A stretch of 64,000 nucleotides of DNA from Lachnospirales bacterium (GCA_047973385.1 JBKEBX010000022.1:11521-75520); one strand, 5' to 3'; numbered from the stretch's first letter, positions 20,660-34,894 are shown. Notes: generated by a model not told the origin, from the sequence alone. Numbers and translations: made by a program.

Positions 20660-21721
20660 TTATTTTTTTATAACATTATATCCACTTGCTTTAACTAGTC
20701 TATTCATTATGGCAAGACCTTCTTCATTTTCAGAAAAGCCTTCACAGAAAGCTATATCTATATTATTTTTATCCATGTCACGAAGTCCATGAAATAACTT
20801 TTTTGTAATGGTGTTCAAATCTTCTCTTGTACCTAAAGAAAAAATCAAAACATCTAAATCCTTGTATAATCCTTCAGTTTCATCAGTACATATTATTGCT
20901 ATTTTCTTGTTGCTTTCACATTTTTTAACAAGTTTTATGATCTCACTTGGAATATCCTTAACATTGTCGCTTGTAACTAAAGTTATTTTAGCATTTGGTG
21001 CATAATGTTTATATTTCATTCCTGGTGCCATAGGTTTGTTAACTGGTGATTTTTCGGTAATAGATTTATCAACACTTATTTTGCCAATAACTTTTTCAAT
21101 CATAGAAATAGTAATACTACCTGGTCTGAGTAAAACAGGTATATCCTTTGTACAATCAATTATTGTACTTTCAACACCAAATTTACAATCCCCACCGTCA
21201 ACTATACAGGCAATTTTAGAAGATAAATCTTCAATAACATGTTCAGCCTTTGTAGGACTTGGTTTACCTGATATATTTGCTGAAGGTGCCGCAAGTGGCA
21301 ATCCACTAAGTTTTATAATTTCTAAAATTATCTCATTACTTGGCATTCTTACAGCAACCGTCTCAAGTCCACCTGTTGTTTCATAAGGTACACAGTCTTG
21401 TTTTTCTAAAATAATAGTCAACGCTCCTGGCCAAAAGGCATCTATTAACTTTTTAGCCTTATGAGGAACAGTTTTTGCAACATTTTCAAGCATTTCAAAA
21501 CTTGCAATATGTAATATTAAAGGATTATCAGAGGGTCGCCCCTTTGCCTCATATATCTTTTTTGTAGAATTTGAATCAAGTCCGTTTCCACAAAGTCCAT
21601 AAACCGTCTCCGTAGGACAAGCTACAAGGTCGCCTCTTTTAATAAAATAGGCAATTTCTTGTAGCTTGGATTTTTGACTATGCAAAGAACTATCATCAAT
21701 AGTAATGACCTTTGTTTGCAC
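20660..21721 (-). CDS. sua5: L-threonylcarbamoyladenylate synthase (Sua5/YwlC)
   Basis: PTETVYGL, KGRPSDNPLI, APSAN, PGMKYKHYAP. Confidence 0.95.
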   Translation of the reverse strand: MQTKVITIDDSSLHSQKSKLQEIAYFIKRGDLVACPTETVYGLCGNGLDSNSTKKIYEAKGRPSDNPLILHIASFEMLENVAKTVPHKAKKLIDAFWPGALTIILEKQDCVPYETTGGLETVAVRMPSNEIILEIIKLSGLPLAAPSANISGKPSPTKAEHVIEDLSSKIACIVDGGDCKFGVESTIIDCTKDIPVLLRPGSITISMIEKVIGKISVDKSITEKSPVNKPMAPGMKYKHYAPNAKITLVTSDNVKDIPSEIIKLVKKCESNKKIAIICTDETEGLYKDLDVLIFSLGTREDLNTITKKLFHGLRDMDKNNIDIAFCEGFSENEEGLAIMNRLVKASGYNVIKK

Positions 21722-21723
21722 AA

Positions 21724-22218
21724 TTACGCTCCACAACATTTCTTATACTTTTTACCACTACCACAAGTACAAGGGTCATTTCTTCCAACTTTAGTTTCTT
21801 TTTTTACTGTTCTAGAAATTTTTTGTTCTTTATAAAATTTAGAAAGTTCTTCTTTACCAAATACACTTTCCCATTCTGGCAACTTATATAAATGTTCTGC
21901 TTTATATTCAACCATTTTTTTAAAAAGGTCTTCAAATTCAAACTTAACATCTATTTCAGTTTCAGGTGTAACTTCAAGTAAATCAATTTCCTTATCTAAG
22001 CAATCTGAAATACCATCAATAAAACCACAATATTGTTCTGGTTTCATACGGTTTGCTTCTGCAAGTTCAGCAATTGTACCTTTTATTGTATTTGTTTTTG
22101 TATTAAGCATATTTTCGTATATTTTTTGTTCAAGAGGCATATAAATATTCCAATAAGCAGGGATACTATTCCCCTCTTTAGTGTATGCTTGCATTAACCA
22201 TTTTTCGTATAATTTCAT
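21724..22218 (-). CDS. SEC-C motif domain protein
   Basis: C-terminal [19 protein letters not shown]. Confidence 0.9.
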   Translation of the reverse strand: MKLYEKWLMQAYTKEGNSIPAYWNIYMPLEQKIYENMLNTKTNTIKGTIAELAEANRMKPEQYCGFIDGISDCLDKEIDLLEVTPETEIDVKFEFEDLFKKMVEYKAEHLYKLPEWESVFGKEELSKFYKEQKISRTVKKETKVGRNDPCTCGSGKKYKKCCGA

Positions 22219-22338
22219 TTTAAAGTTTCCTCCAAATATATTTCTTTTTATTTACATATTATTATATTTTACAACAACTTTTGTTTTTTGTAAATATTTT
22301 AAGCAATTTTTTTTATTTTATGTATTAATTTAATATTT

Positions 22339-23574
22339 TTAGTCTGACGCACCTAAAACTATAATTACATCTTCTACTTGATTTTCATCAACAATAAATT
22401 CAGGTTCATTAAACAAATCAACTAAATCAAATCCATAACCTTCTTCTTTAATATATATACGTGTATTCGTAACATTTGTTTCATCATAGTTACCAATTTC
22501 TTGTACAGTATATCCTTGACTTTCTAAGTTTTCCTTTGTATTACTCGCTTTACCTGTAACATTTGTACCGTTTAACACTTTTATTGATAGCTCTTTTGCA
22601 GAAATTTCTTGAACTTCTGGAATTTCAGGTTCTTCTGGAACAATTTCATCACCAATATACAAAATATCTTCCATTGTATCTTCAAATTCATCATCAACAA
22701 CTTCTACATAACTTCTACCACCAATCATAACCGGTGTAACAGGCATAGCAAAACTACGCACATTATCAGGGTCAATATCATTTACATACTCACCGTACTT
22801 AGTTATATCCAAAATACCCACATTATTTTCTGTGTATTTAAGCGTTGTTTTCGCAAGAGTTGTAATCGTATCGAGTTTATTACTTGAATTTAGAAGTTGA
22901 CTAAGTAAAGCTTGCATAAAGTCTTGTTGTACTTCAATTCTTCCTAAGTCACCATTTGTATAGCCACTTCTAAAACGAATAACTTGTTCAGCTTCATCAC
23001 CATCTAAGTTTTGCATACCTTCTTTAAGGTTAATCGTAAGGTTCTGTGTTGGATCATTATAGTACATGTCCATAGGAACATAGAAGTCCACACCACCCAT
23101 TTCATCGACTAAATATTTAAAGGCATCTAGGTCAATTTTTAACCAAAATTCAATATCAGTGCCTAGATAATCTGACAAAACTTCTCTAATCATTTCCATA
23201 GCCTTATCAGAACCTGCATAGGCATATAGTTCCGTAAGTTTTATTGTTCTTGGCGCATTAGGTAGTTCCTCTAACATTTCATCAGTTAAAGTAACTTTCA
23301 AATCTCTTGGTATACTCATAAGATCAATATTATAATCCCTAGTATCAAAGTTTGCAAAAATTACTGTATCAGTGTGTATATTAAGCTCATCTACACCGAC
23401 TATAACAGCATTTATATTTTTATATTCTTCCGTTTCATTAGATGATGCTTGTTCATCTTTTGACACTTCATTGTCAGTACTTGCAAACATTTTATCATAT
23501 GCATTAAGTCCAATACCTATGGAAGCAAAAATGATAATCAACGTTATTATAGCAGTATAAAGAAACTTAAACAT
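22339..23574 (-). CDS. LCP (LytR-CpsA-Psr) family protein with LytR_C domain
   Basis: TDT, SIPRD, RFRS..DLGRIEVQQ; C-terminal VLNGTNVTGKA. Confidence 0.92.
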   Translation of the reverse strand: MFKFLYTAIITLIIIFASIGIGLNAYDKMFASTDNEVSKDEQASSNETEEYKNINAVIVGVDELNIHTDTVIFANFDTRDYNIDLMSIPRDLKVTLTDEMLEELPNAPRTIKLTELYAYAGSDKAMEMIREVLSDYLGTDIEFWLKIDLDAFKYLVDEMGGVDFYVPMDMYYNDPTQNLTINLKEGMQNLDGDEAEQVIRFRSGYTNGDLGRIEVQQDFMQALLSQLLNSSNKLDTITTLAKTTLKYTENNVGILDITKYGEYVNDIDPDNVRSFAMPVTPVMIGGRSYVEVVDDEFEDTMEDILYIGDEIVPEEPEIPEVQEISAKELSIKVLNGTNVTGKASNTKENLESQGYTVQEIGNYDETNVTNTRIYIKEEGYGFDLVDLFNEPEFIVDENQVEDVIIVLGASD

Positions 23575-23775
23575 TTTTATCCTCCATTACTATTTTTTAT
23601 TATTTTATGTTCGTATTATAGCACATTATGTCGATTATTTCCACTATATTTATAATTTTTTAATTATTATTGTTTTTTTTACATTTATTTTAACTATTTT
23701 TTTAAAACTCTCTTTTAAAATTATTTATTTTTTGGTATAATATTACTTGAGAATATGTTAGTACAAGGAGCAAAT

Positions 23776-24927
23776 ATGAAAAAAATTAAAGTTATGTCAG
23801 TTTTTGGAACTAGACCTGAGGCAACAAAAATGATTCCTATTATTAAAGAGCTTGATAAGTTTCCTGAGCTAGTTGAAAATATTGTTTGTGTTACAGCACA
23901 ACATCGTGAAATGCTAGACCAAATTATCGATCCATTAAATATTAAAGCTGATTATGATTTAAATATAATGAAAAAAGGGCAAACCCTTACAGATATAACT
24001 ACAAGCGTCTTAGAAGGACTAAATAAAGTTATTGATGAAGTTAAACCTGATTTAGTTTTAGTACATGGAGATACATCTACGTCTTTTGCCGGTGCACTTG
24101 CTTGTTTCTATAATAAAATATCCATTGGTCATGTAGAGGCTGGGCTTAGAACCTACGAAATGTACGAGCCGTTTCCTGAGGAAATGAATAGAGTTTTAAC
24201 AGGACATATGGCAACTCTACATTTCTCACCTACAAGACAATCCAAAGAAAACTTACTTAAAGAAAACATATCGAAAAATATTTTTATAACAGGTAATACA
24301 AGTTTAGACTTCTTAAAAGAAACAATTAAAGACAATTATGTTTTCAGTGTAGATACCCTTAACCATCTTGATTATAAAAATCACAAAGTAATTGTTATGA
24401 CTGCACATAGACGTGAAAATTTAGGTGAACCTCTTGAAAATATTTGTAAGGCTATGCTTAGAGTTGTTGAAGAAAATCCTGATACAATTTTAATTTATGC
24501 AGTGCATCTAAACCCGTTGGTACAAGAAACAGCTAAAAAGTTTTTAGGAAATCATTCAAGAATTTACCTTGTAGACCCTCTTGATGTTTTCGATATGCAT
24601 AATCTTATGAACAAAGCCTACATAATGGCAACGGATAGTGGTGGGCTTCAAGAAGAAGTTACAGGAGTGAATATACCTGCTCTTGTACTTAGAAATGTTA
24701 CGGAACGCCCTGAAGGAGTTGAGGCAGGTCGCTTAAAACTTGTTGGCTCTGATGTTGAAAAAATTGTATCATCTATGAATGAGTTACTTCAAAATAAATC
24801 TTCATATCAAGCTATGCTTAAAGGAAAAAGCCCTTTTGGTGACGGTAACGCAAGTGAACGTATAGTTAATGTAATTTTATATAATTACGGCTTAACAACA
24901 GAAAAACCAGTAGATTATTTCATTTAA
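23776..24927 (+). CDS. wecB: UDP-GlcNAc 2-epimerase (non-hydrolysing)
   Basis: FGTRPEA, HGDT, HVEAGLRT, TDSGGLQEE. Confidence 0.96.
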   Translation: MKKIKVMSVFGTRPEATKMIPIIKELDKFPELVENIVCVTAQHREMLDQIIDPLNIKADYDLNIMKKGQTLTDITTSVLEGLNKVIDEVKPDLVLVHGDTSTSFAGALACFYNKISIGHVEAGLRTYEMYEPFPEEMNRVLTGHMATLHFSPTRQSKENLLKENISKNIFITGNTSLDFLKETIKDNYVFSVDTLNHLDYKNHKVIVMTAHRRENLGEPLENICKAMLRVVEENPDTILIYAVHLNPLVQETAKKFLGNHSRIYLVDPLDVFDMHNLMNKAYIMATDSGGLQEEVTGVNIPALVLRNVTERPEGVEAGRLKLVGSDVEKIVSSMNELLQNKSSYQAMLKGKSPFGDGNASERIVNVILYNYGLTTEKPVDYFI

Positions 24928-24950
24928 TTTAATTTTAGTGTAAAACTATA

Positions 24951-24979
24951 TAGACTTTTTATTAAAATAAATGTATAAT
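24951..24979 (+). promoter_or_regulatory. SigA promoter of atp operon
   Basis: TAGACT-N17-TATAAT. Confidence 0.65.
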
Positions 24980-25017
24980 AGATATATGTTGTTTTGTTAC
25001 TTATTAAAGGAGCAATT

Positions 25018-25329
25018 ATGTCTAAAGATGATAATGATTCTGAATTCAGTTTAAAAAAAGTATCTAAAAAACATAATAAAAATCCACTATCAGCTTTTTA
25101 CCTTGTAACTCAACTTGGTATCTACGTTATAGTTTGTATTTTTATGTGTTTTTACTTAGGTGTTTTCATAGATAATTTTTTTGACACTGGTAATCTTTTT
25201 AAAGTAATATTTCTTGTAATTGGTATATTGTCAAGCTTTATAGGAGTATATAAACTTGTTATGAAAGAAATGCGATATACAAAAAGTGACAGTGATTACT
25301 TAAATAATTATAAAAATAATAAAAAATAA
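25018..25329 (+). CDS. AtpZ/AtpQ-like ATP synthase gene-1 protein
   Basis: Two TM with LGVFIDNFFDT pattern; first gene of atp operon. Confidence 0.8.
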   Translation: MSKDDNDSEFSLKKVSKKHNKNPLSAFYLVTQLGIYVIVCIFMCFYLGVFIDNFFDTGNLFKVIFLVIGILSSFIGVYKLVMKEMRYTKSDSDYLNNYKNNKK

Positions 25330-25353
25330 TTTTAGCTTTAGGAGAAATTTATT

Positions 25354-25767
25354 TTGTTTAAACTTTCCATAACTTCTAAAAAAATGATGCAAATTTTACT
25401 TGGCATTGGTCTTATAATCTTCGGTCTATCCTATGCATTTATAGGTAAAACTTTTGCTCTTGGTATAGCCTTTGGCGTTTTCACTTCAGTTGTTCGTATA
25501 TTTTTACTTAATCATACGACAGATAGAATGTTAGATATGGAAGTTAGAAAAGCTAAAGTTTACATGGCAACAAACTATTTCTTTAGAATGTTTTTTGTTA
25601 TTTTTGCGTTTATAATCGCTGCAAAAAGCTCAGATATAGATATCATAGGCGTCTTTCTTGGGGTTATAATTATGCAACCTTCTGCCTATTTAACAGGGTT
25701 TCTTTTAAAAGACAAAGATTTGCCCTACGATAAAGATAAAATCGTAAAATTCGATGATGATTTTTAA
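25354..25767 (+). CDS. atpI: ATP synthase subunit I
   Basis: Four TM, NYFFRM, directly upstream of atpB. Confidence 0.8.
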   Translation: MFKLSITSKKMMQILLGIGLIIFGLSYAFIGKTFALGIAFGVFTSVVRIFLLNHTTDRMLDMEVRKAKVYMATNYFFRMFFVIFAFIIAAKSSDIDIIGVFLGVIIMQPSAYLTGFLLKDKDLPYDKDKIVKFDDDF

Positions 25768-25843
25768 TAGCCACTTTTAGTTTTAATACTTTAATATATA
25801 TGTAAAAACTTAAAGAATTTTTAAGAAAGGAGTTATTTAGCTG

Positions 25844-26533
25844 ATGGACATTGATTTTAATAACAAAGTCTTGTGGGTTTGGAATATTTTCGGGGAAGAT
25901 TTATACATAACAGAATCTATCCGCAACACTTGGCTAATTGGTCTTGCTTTAATAATTTTTGCAATAATTGTAAGAGTGAAAATCAAAAATTTTGAAGCTG
26001 TACCAAATAGTAAGTTCCAAAACATAGTTGAACTTATAGTCGAAACTTTCCATAATTTTTCGCTTGAAACTATGGACGAAAGATTTGCCAATTACGGCTT
26101 CTGGTTTTTCGGAGTTATTTGTTTTATAGCTATATCTAACATATCGGGTTTGATAGGTCTTAGACCCCCAACATCCGACTTAGCTGTAACATTAACTTTC
26201 GCATTATGTACTTTTGTAATAATGCATGTATCAGGGATTTTGATTAGTAAATCTCAGTATTTCAAAGATTATGTTTCGCCTATGTTTATATTTTTACCCC
26301 TTAACATCATAAGCGAGATTGCCACACCTGTATCTCTTGGTTTCCGTTTGTTCGGTAATATTTTAAGTGGTACAATTATTATGGCTCTTATCTATGGCAT
26401 GTTACCAACAGTTTTAACGATTGGATTACCTGCATTTTTGCATATGTACTTTGATATTTTTGCAGGTCTTTTACAGTCATATATTTTTGTTATACTTAGT
26501 ATGACATTTATACGTCAAAAACTACCAGAATAG
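25844..26533 (+). CDS. atpB: F0 subunit a
   Basis: SLGFRLFGNI, LQSYIF. Confidence 0.96.
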   Translation: MDIDFNNKVLWVWNIFGEDLYITESIRNTWLIGLALIIFAIIVRVKIKNFEAVPNSKFQNIVELIVETFHNFSLETMDERFANYGFWFFGVICFIAISNISGLIGLRPPTSDLAVTLTFALCTFVIMHVSGILISKSQYFKDYVSPMFIFLPLNIISEIATPVSLGFRLFGNILSGTIIMALIYGMLPTVLTIGLPAFLHMYFDIFAGLLQSYIFVILSMTFIRQKLPE

Positions 26534-26550
26534 TTTTGGCATTTATCTAA

Positions 26551-26856
<306 letters not shown>

Positions 26857-26920
26857 TTTCTACTATTATCTGTATTGGTTCAAAACCAAAAAATATTTGT
26901 AAAGGAGGTAATTATAGCTA

Positions 26921-27484
26921 ATGAATACTATGAATTTGGTAACTTTCGCAACTAACGCTAGTGAAGTAACTGGTAATATCGTAAATTTTGACATGATGAT
27001 GGTTAAGCAAATGGTTCTCTTGCTTATCTCTGATTTAGTTATTATCTTTATACTTGGAAAGTTATTATATAATCCTGTAAAAGACTTTTTAAGAAAGCGT
27101 ACAGAACGAATTGCAAACGATATTGATAAATCTGAAAAAGCTTTATCCGATGCAAACGCTTTAAAGGCTGAATATGAAGCAAAACTTAAAGATATTGATA
27201 AGGAAAAAGCTGATATTCTTGAAAAGGCTCGTAAACTAGCTTCCGACAAAGAGAAAGATATTATCGATCTCGCTAAAGACGAGGCAAATGTAATAAAAAA
27301 TCGTGCAATGCTTGACATTAAACGTGAAGAAGATAAAGCTCGTGATGATATGAAATCTAGCATAATTGAAATTTCTACACTTATGGCTAGTCGTTATGTA
27401 GCTACAAATCTGACGGAAGATAACCAAAATAAATTACTCGATGAAGTGATTGACAGTTTGGGGGAAGTTAAATGGCAGAATTAG
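26921..27484 (+). CDS. atpF: F0 subunit b
   Basis: TM followed by coiled coil; operon position. Confidence 0.93.
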   Translation: MNTMNLVTFATNASEVTGNIVNFDMMMVKQMVLLLISDLVIIFILGKLLYNPVKDFLRKRTERIANDIDKSEKALSDANALKAEYEAKLKDIDKEKADILEKARKLASDKEKDIIDLAKDEANVIKNRAMLDIKREEDKARDDMKSSIIEISTLMASRYVATNLTEDNQNKLLDEVIDSLGEVKWQN

Positions 27485-28005
27485 TTGCAAAACGATATAG
27501 TAACGCTTTATTTTCCATTGCAATAGATGAAAATAAAGTTGATAGCTTACTTGAAGATGTAACTGGTATTTTAGAAGTTTTCAATAGCAATCAAGATTTC
27601 ACTGCTATTATGAACCACCCTCAAATTACTAGTCACGAAAAAAGTGAGTTACTCAAAAATACTTTTGAAAATCATGTAGATTCTGATATTATCGGCTTAT
27701 TTGAAATTGTTTTGAAAAAAAATAGAGCAACTGAACTTGTTTCTATTTTAGAAAATTTTATTGATTTAGCAAAAAAACATCAAAATATTTCTAAAGCCGT
27801 AATAACTACTGCTACCCCACTTTCAGAAGTTCAAGCAAATAAAATTGTTACAATATTATCTGAAAAACTAGGTAAAACAATAAACTATGAAGTAGAAATC
27901 GATGAAAATTTAATCGGTGGCTTAAAAGTAGCAATTGACGGTAAAGTTTTTGAAAACACAGTTCAAAAAACTCTTACGGACCTAAAGAAAGATTTTTACA
28001 AATAA
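27472..28005 (+). CDS. atpH: F1 subunit delta
   Basis: VAKRYSNAL, DENLIGG. Confidence 0.95.
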   Translation: MAELVAKRYSNALFSIAIDENKVDSLLEDVTGILEVFNSNQDFTAIMNHPQITSHEKSELLKNTFENHVDSDIIGLFEIVLKKNRATELVSILENFIDLAKKHQNISKAVITTATPLSEVQANKIVTILSEKLGKTINYEVEIDENLIGGLKVAIDGKVFENTVQKTLTDLKKDFYK

Positions 28006-29556
<1,551 letters not shown>

Positions 29557-29568
29557 AGAGGTGATTGT

Positions 29569-30435
29569 ATGGCTTCAGTACGCGACATAAAAAATAGAAT
29601 AAGAAGTGTCAGCAGTACTCAAAAAATTACTAAGGCTATGAACCTAGTTGCAACTAGTAAGCTACAAGGTGCTAAGAGAAGACAAAAAAGTACAAAACCT
29701 TTTTTCGACACAACTCAGCGTGTTATAGCTAGTGTAGTTAAAAATTCTAAAGGCATAAATCACCCTTTCCTTATCCAAAGAGAAGGCAGTAGAGTTGCTG
29801 TTTTGTCTATTTCTGGTGATAGAGGTTTATGTGGTGCGTATAACACTAACATTTCTAAAGAAGTTCTAGCTCTTATTGACGGTAAAGAAGAAAAACTTGT
29901 TACCGTTGGTACTAAGGCAAGAGATTATTTTACTAGACGTGATAAAAATATTATTAACACTTTTTCAGGAATTTCTGAAAATCCAAGTTACGAGTCAGCT
30001 AAAGAAATCAGCGAAATTCTTTTAAAGCTGTATCTTGACGGAGAAGTAGATGAAGTTTATATTGGTTATACTGAGTTTGTTACAACTTTAGAGCAAATAC
30101 CTAGAGTTAAGAAACTTTTACCAGTTGATGTATCTGCTTTTGAAAGCGATGAAACTGAAGAAGAAAAAGAAGATAATTCTCTTATGCAGTATGACCCTGA
30201 TGAAGAAACAGTTTTGGCATATCTTGTGCCAAAGTATATAACTACTTTTATATATGGTTCTTTAGTAGAGTCAGCAGCTTGTGAACTTGCAAGTCGTATG
30301 ACTTCAATGGATAGTGCAACAGAAAACGCAACTACTATGATAGACACTTTAACCTTGAAGATGAACCGAGCTAGACAATCGGCTATCACACAAGAAATTA
30401 CAGAAATAGTTAGTGGTGCAAACGCTTTAGAATAA
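29569..30435 (+). CDS. atpG: F1 subunit gamma
   Basis: KITKAM, DRGLCG, RQSAITQEITEI. Confidence 0.98.
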   Translation: MASVRDIKNRIRSVSSTQKITKAMNLVATSKLQGAKRRQKSTKPFFDTTQRVIASVVKNSKGINHPFLIQREGSRVAVLSISGDRGLCGAYNTNISKEVLALIDGKEEKLVTVGTKARDYFTRRDKNIINTFSGISENPSYESAKEISEILLKLYLDGEVDEVYIGYTEFVTTLEQIPRVKKLLPVDVSAFESDETEEEKEDNSLMQYDPDEETVLAYLVPKYITTFIYGSLVESAACELASRMTSMDSATENATTMIDTLTLKMNRARQSAITQEITEIVSGANALE

Positions 30436-30489
30436 AATAGTTTTAGTTAATATATTCAAAATAATCAAGTAATTATACTTGTGAAATAA

Positions 30490-31899
<1,410 letters not shown>

Positions 31900-31920
31900 A
31901 TCATAGGAAATGGTGATTAA

Positions 31921-32334
31921 ATGGCTGATAAAAAAATTCATCTACGTTTAGTTTCACCAACAAGGCTTGTTTACTCTGCTGATGTAGATATGGTAATTTT
32001 GCGTGCTGTTTCTGGTGATATAGGTATACTTTATGGTCACGAAAACCTAACAACAATTTTAGGTATGGGGCTATTACGTATTATCACTGGTGAAACAGAA
32101 GAAGTTATCTCTGTTCTTGGTGGCTTTTGTGAAGTAACAAAGGATAGCGTAACGATTTTATCTGATGCAGCTGAACTTCCATCTGAAATAGATGAAGAAA
32201 GAGCTGAACACGCTAAGGAACGTGCTGAAAAGAGATTAAGTGACGCAAATGGTGACTTAGATGTCCAACGAGCTGAACTTGCTCTACGACGTGCTTTAGT
32301 ACGTCTTGAGGCAGTTGCTAGACGTAAAGTATAA
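31921..32334 (+). CDS. atpC: F1 subunit epsilon
   Basis: GDIGILYGH, C-terminal helices. Confidence 0.95.
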   Translation: MADKKIHLRLVSPTRLVYSADVDMVILRAVSGDIGILYGHENLTTILGMGLLRIITGETEEVISVLGGFCEVTKDSVTILSDAAELPSEIDEERAEHAKERAEKRLSDANGDLDVQRAELALRRALVRLEAVARRKV

Positions 32335-32335
32335 T

Positions 32336-32373
32336 AAAAAAAGAGTGTGGATATATTTTCTACACTCTTTTTT
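32336..32373 (+). terminator. atp operon terminator
   Basis: AAAAAGAGTGTGGA...TCTACACTCTTTTTT. Confidence 0.85.
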
Positions 32374-32392
32374 GTTATAAAAAAGATTATAG

Positions 32393-32421
32393 TTGATAAT
32401 TATGATTATAAATAATATAAT
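32393..32421 (+). promoter_or_regulatory. SigA promoter of TRIC-family gene (long leader)
   Basis: TTGATA-N17-TATAAT about 240 nt upstream of the ATG. Confidence 0.6.
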
Positions 32422-32456
32422 TATACTTAGAATGTAATTTTATAGCTGAATACATA

Positions 32457-32632
32457 GGACTTTATTGTAAGATGCAATTATGCCAAGTTTTGTGTAACAA
32501 ATCTAAGACACCTAAAAAATGTGCCAATTTACAGGAATAGCTGGAAATTACGATTTGACCTAAACTTAAAGAACACTATAAAGTTAATGTGTTGATAATT
32601 ACAAACAAAACAGTTTGCTTTTAGATGTTGCC
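32457..32632. repeat. Degenerate MITE-family-related composite in the leader
   Basis: TTGTAAGATGCAATTATGCCAA resembles 11818-11840; AATGTGCCA module; right end TTTTAGATGTTGCC. Confidence 0.4.
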
Positions 32633-32661
32633 ATAAGATAATAAATAAAGGAGTTATATAA

Positions 32662-33315
32662 ATGAGCGTTAACCCAATTGTATATTTTATATTTTCAATA
32701 GTAGGTACAATCGCCTTTGCGATTTCAGGTGCAATAGTTGGCATAAGGCGTAATATGGATGTTTTTGGTGTATGTGTCCTAGGTGCAACTACTGCTTGTG
32801 GTGGTGGTATAATCCGTGATATTATAATAGGTATTGTACCTACTTCACTGATTAACCCTATTTACGTTGGTGTATCCATAGTTATATCTCTTATAGTTTT
32901 TTTTATAATGTATTTCTTTCATGATTCTATTTCAAAAAGCAAATACACGAACATCTATGATAACATAATTATGGCAATGGATTCCGTTGGTCTTGGCGTC
33001 TTTACAGTTATGGGTGTACAAACAGGTATAGCTGCCGGCTTTATAGAAAACACATTTTTATTAGTGTTTTTAGGAACAATAACTGGCGTATGTGGTGGTT
33101 TGCTTCGTGACATGATGGCAAGTAAAACCCCATATATTTTCTCTGAAGACATATATGCAGGAGCATCAATACTAGGAGCAATTTCATGTGTATATCTCCA
33201 CAAATATTTTGGTGAAGTTGTAGCATTACTACTTGCTACAACAGTTGTAGTATTCATACGATACTTGGCAAAACGCTTAAACCTTAACTTGTTACGTATA
33301 AAGATAAGTAGTTGA
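32662..33315 (+). CDS. TRIC channel family (UPF0126/YadS-like) membrane protein
   Basis: GTIAFAISGA, GGGIIRD, GGLLRD duplicated motif. Confidence 0.93.
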   Translation: MSVNPIVYFIFSIVGTIAFAISGAIVGIRRNMDVFGVCVLGATTACGGGIIRDIIIGIVPTSLINPIYVGVSIVISLIVFFIMYFFHDSISKSKYTNIYDNIIMAMDSVGLGVFTVMGVQTGIAAGFIENTFLLVFLGTITGVCGGLLRDMMASKTPYIFSEDIYAGASILGAISCVYLHKYFGEVVALLLATTVVVFIRYLAKRLNLNLLRIKISS

Positions 33316-33345
33316 TACTAAGATTTAATTTGTTTTCATTTATAT

Positions 33346-33389
33346 GGAAACGTTGCAAAATTAAAATGATAGCATATTGCAACGTTTCT
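33346..33389. mobile_element. Mini-MITE (44 bp)
   Basis: GGAAACGTTGCAAAATTAAAATGATAGCATATTGCAACGTTTCT matches 56011-56047; flanked by ATAT/ATAT. Confidence 0.7.
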
Positions 33390-33400
33390 ATATAAAATAT

Positions 33401-33442
33401 CATCGCAAGTTGCATTTTTGTATTATTATGCAACTTGCGATG
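33401..33442. terminator. Hairpin terminator between convergent TRIC gene and gltX
   Basis: CATCGCAAGTTGCAT...ATGCAACTTGCGATG perfect 15-bp stem. Confidence 0.75.
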
Positions 33443-33458
33443 ATTAATTTTATAACAT

Positions 33459-34883
33459 TTATAATTTTTCTATTGCTACTTTAATACGTCTTATACTTTC
33501 TTCTTTACCTAAAATAACAAATAAATCTATTCCACCACATGGTGATGTGGGTTTACCTGAAAGTGCCGTTCTTATAGGCCATAGCATTTGACCGTTCTTG
33601 ATGCCCATTTCAGCGATTTTCTCAAAAACAAGTTCATGAATATTGTCAAGGGTAAAATCTTCAACACTTTCGATAATCGGTAAAATAGCCTCTAGAGAAG
33701 TTTTAGCGACTTCTTCATTTGTTTTCATTTTTTTATGAATAAATAACTCAGTGCTATAATCATCTAAAGTGTCTACAAAGTCAACGAGTGGAACTACATC
33801 TTTAAATAAAGTTACACGACTTTGTAAAAACGATGCTAAGAACTTCAAGTCTATATCACTTTTAACATTTTCTTTTAAAAGACTTTCAACATTGCTAAAA
33901 AACTCATCTTTGTCCATTTTTTTGATATATTCAGCATTTACCCAATTAAGTTTAGCTGTATCAAATGCAGACGGACTTTTAGATATATGTTTTGCATCAA
34001 ATATTTTCACAAGTTCTTCTAAAGAAAATATTTCTTCATTACTTCCCGGAGAACAACCAAGTAAAGAAATGTAATTCACAATAGCCTCTGGTAAGTAACC
34101 CTCGTTAATCAAGTCTTCAAAAGAAGCATCACCACGTCTTTTTGATAACTTATCTCCACTTTGATTTAAAATAAGTGGTAAATGAACATATATAGGTATT
34201 TCCCAACCAAAAGCTTCATATAATAAATTATATTTTGGTGTTGATGATAAATATTCAGAGCCACGCACAACATGAGTAATTTTCATTAAATGGTCATCTA
34301 TAACGTTAGCAAAGTTATAAGTAGGAAGTCCATCAGACTTTATAAGTATTTGGTCATCAAGCTCCTCTGTATTAACTGTAACTTTACCATAAACTTCATC
34401 ATCAAAACTAATCTCACCTTTTCGAATTTTTTGACGTATAACAAAAGGAATATTGTTTTTTAAATTTTCTTCAACTTCTTCTTTAGAAAGTTTTTCACAA
34501 TGTCTATCATATTTCATTATATCTTTTTCTGTATCAACTAAAGTTTCAAGGCGTTCTTTTGTACAAAAACAATAATACGCCTCACCTTTTTCGATTAATT
34601 CTTTTGCATAATCTATATAATTACTTTTTCTCTCAGACTGTACATAAGGGCCATAATCACCACCTACATCAGGTCCTTCATCGTGTTGTAAACCTGTAAG
34701 CTTCAAAGTGTTGTAAATCGCCTCAACAGCACCTTCTACATATCTATTTTGGTCCGTATCTTCTATACGAAGTATAAAAGTACCACCATCTTTTTTAGCA
34801 ATAAGATATTCATACAAAGCCGTTCGTAAATTCCCAAGATGCATATACCCTGTTGGACTGGGAGCAAATCTTGTTCTTATCAT
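33459..34883 (-). CDS. gltX: Glutamate-tRNA ligase
   Basis: [18 protein letters not shown]. Confidence 0.97.
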   Translation of the reverse strand: MIRTRFAPSPTGYMHLGNLRTALYEYLIAKKDGGTFILRIEDTDQNRYVEGAVEAIYNTLKLTGLQHDEGPDVGGDYGPYVQSERKSNYIDYAKELIEKGEAYYCFCTKERLETLVDTEKDIMKYDRHCEKLSKEEVEENLKNNIPFVIRQKIRKGEISFDDEVYGKVTVNTEELDDQILIKSDGLPTYNFANVIDDHLMKITHVVRGSEYLSSTPKYNLLYEAFGWEIPIYVHLPLILNQSGDKLSKRRGDASFEDLINEGYLPEAIVNYISLLGCSPGSNEEIFSLEELVKIFDAKHISKSPSAFDTAKLNWVNAEYIKKMDKDEFFSNVESLLKENVKSDIDLKFLASFLQSRVTLFKDVVPLVDFVDTLDDYSTELFIHKKMKTNEEVAKTSLEAILPIIESVEDFTLDNIHELVFEKIAEMGIKNGQMLWPIRTALSGKPTSPCGGIDLFVILGKEESIRRIKVAIEKL

Positions 34884-34894
34884 AATATACTCCT

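Noticed and set aside
26866-27363. 165-aa antisense ORF and the many other short antisense ORFs in the track
   Set aside because: Shadow frames of conserved genes, with no SD or recognisable motifs
32428-32661. Glycine riboswitch upstream of the TRIC-family gene
   Set aside because: GGAGA/CCGAAG/CTCTCAGG core motifs are absent
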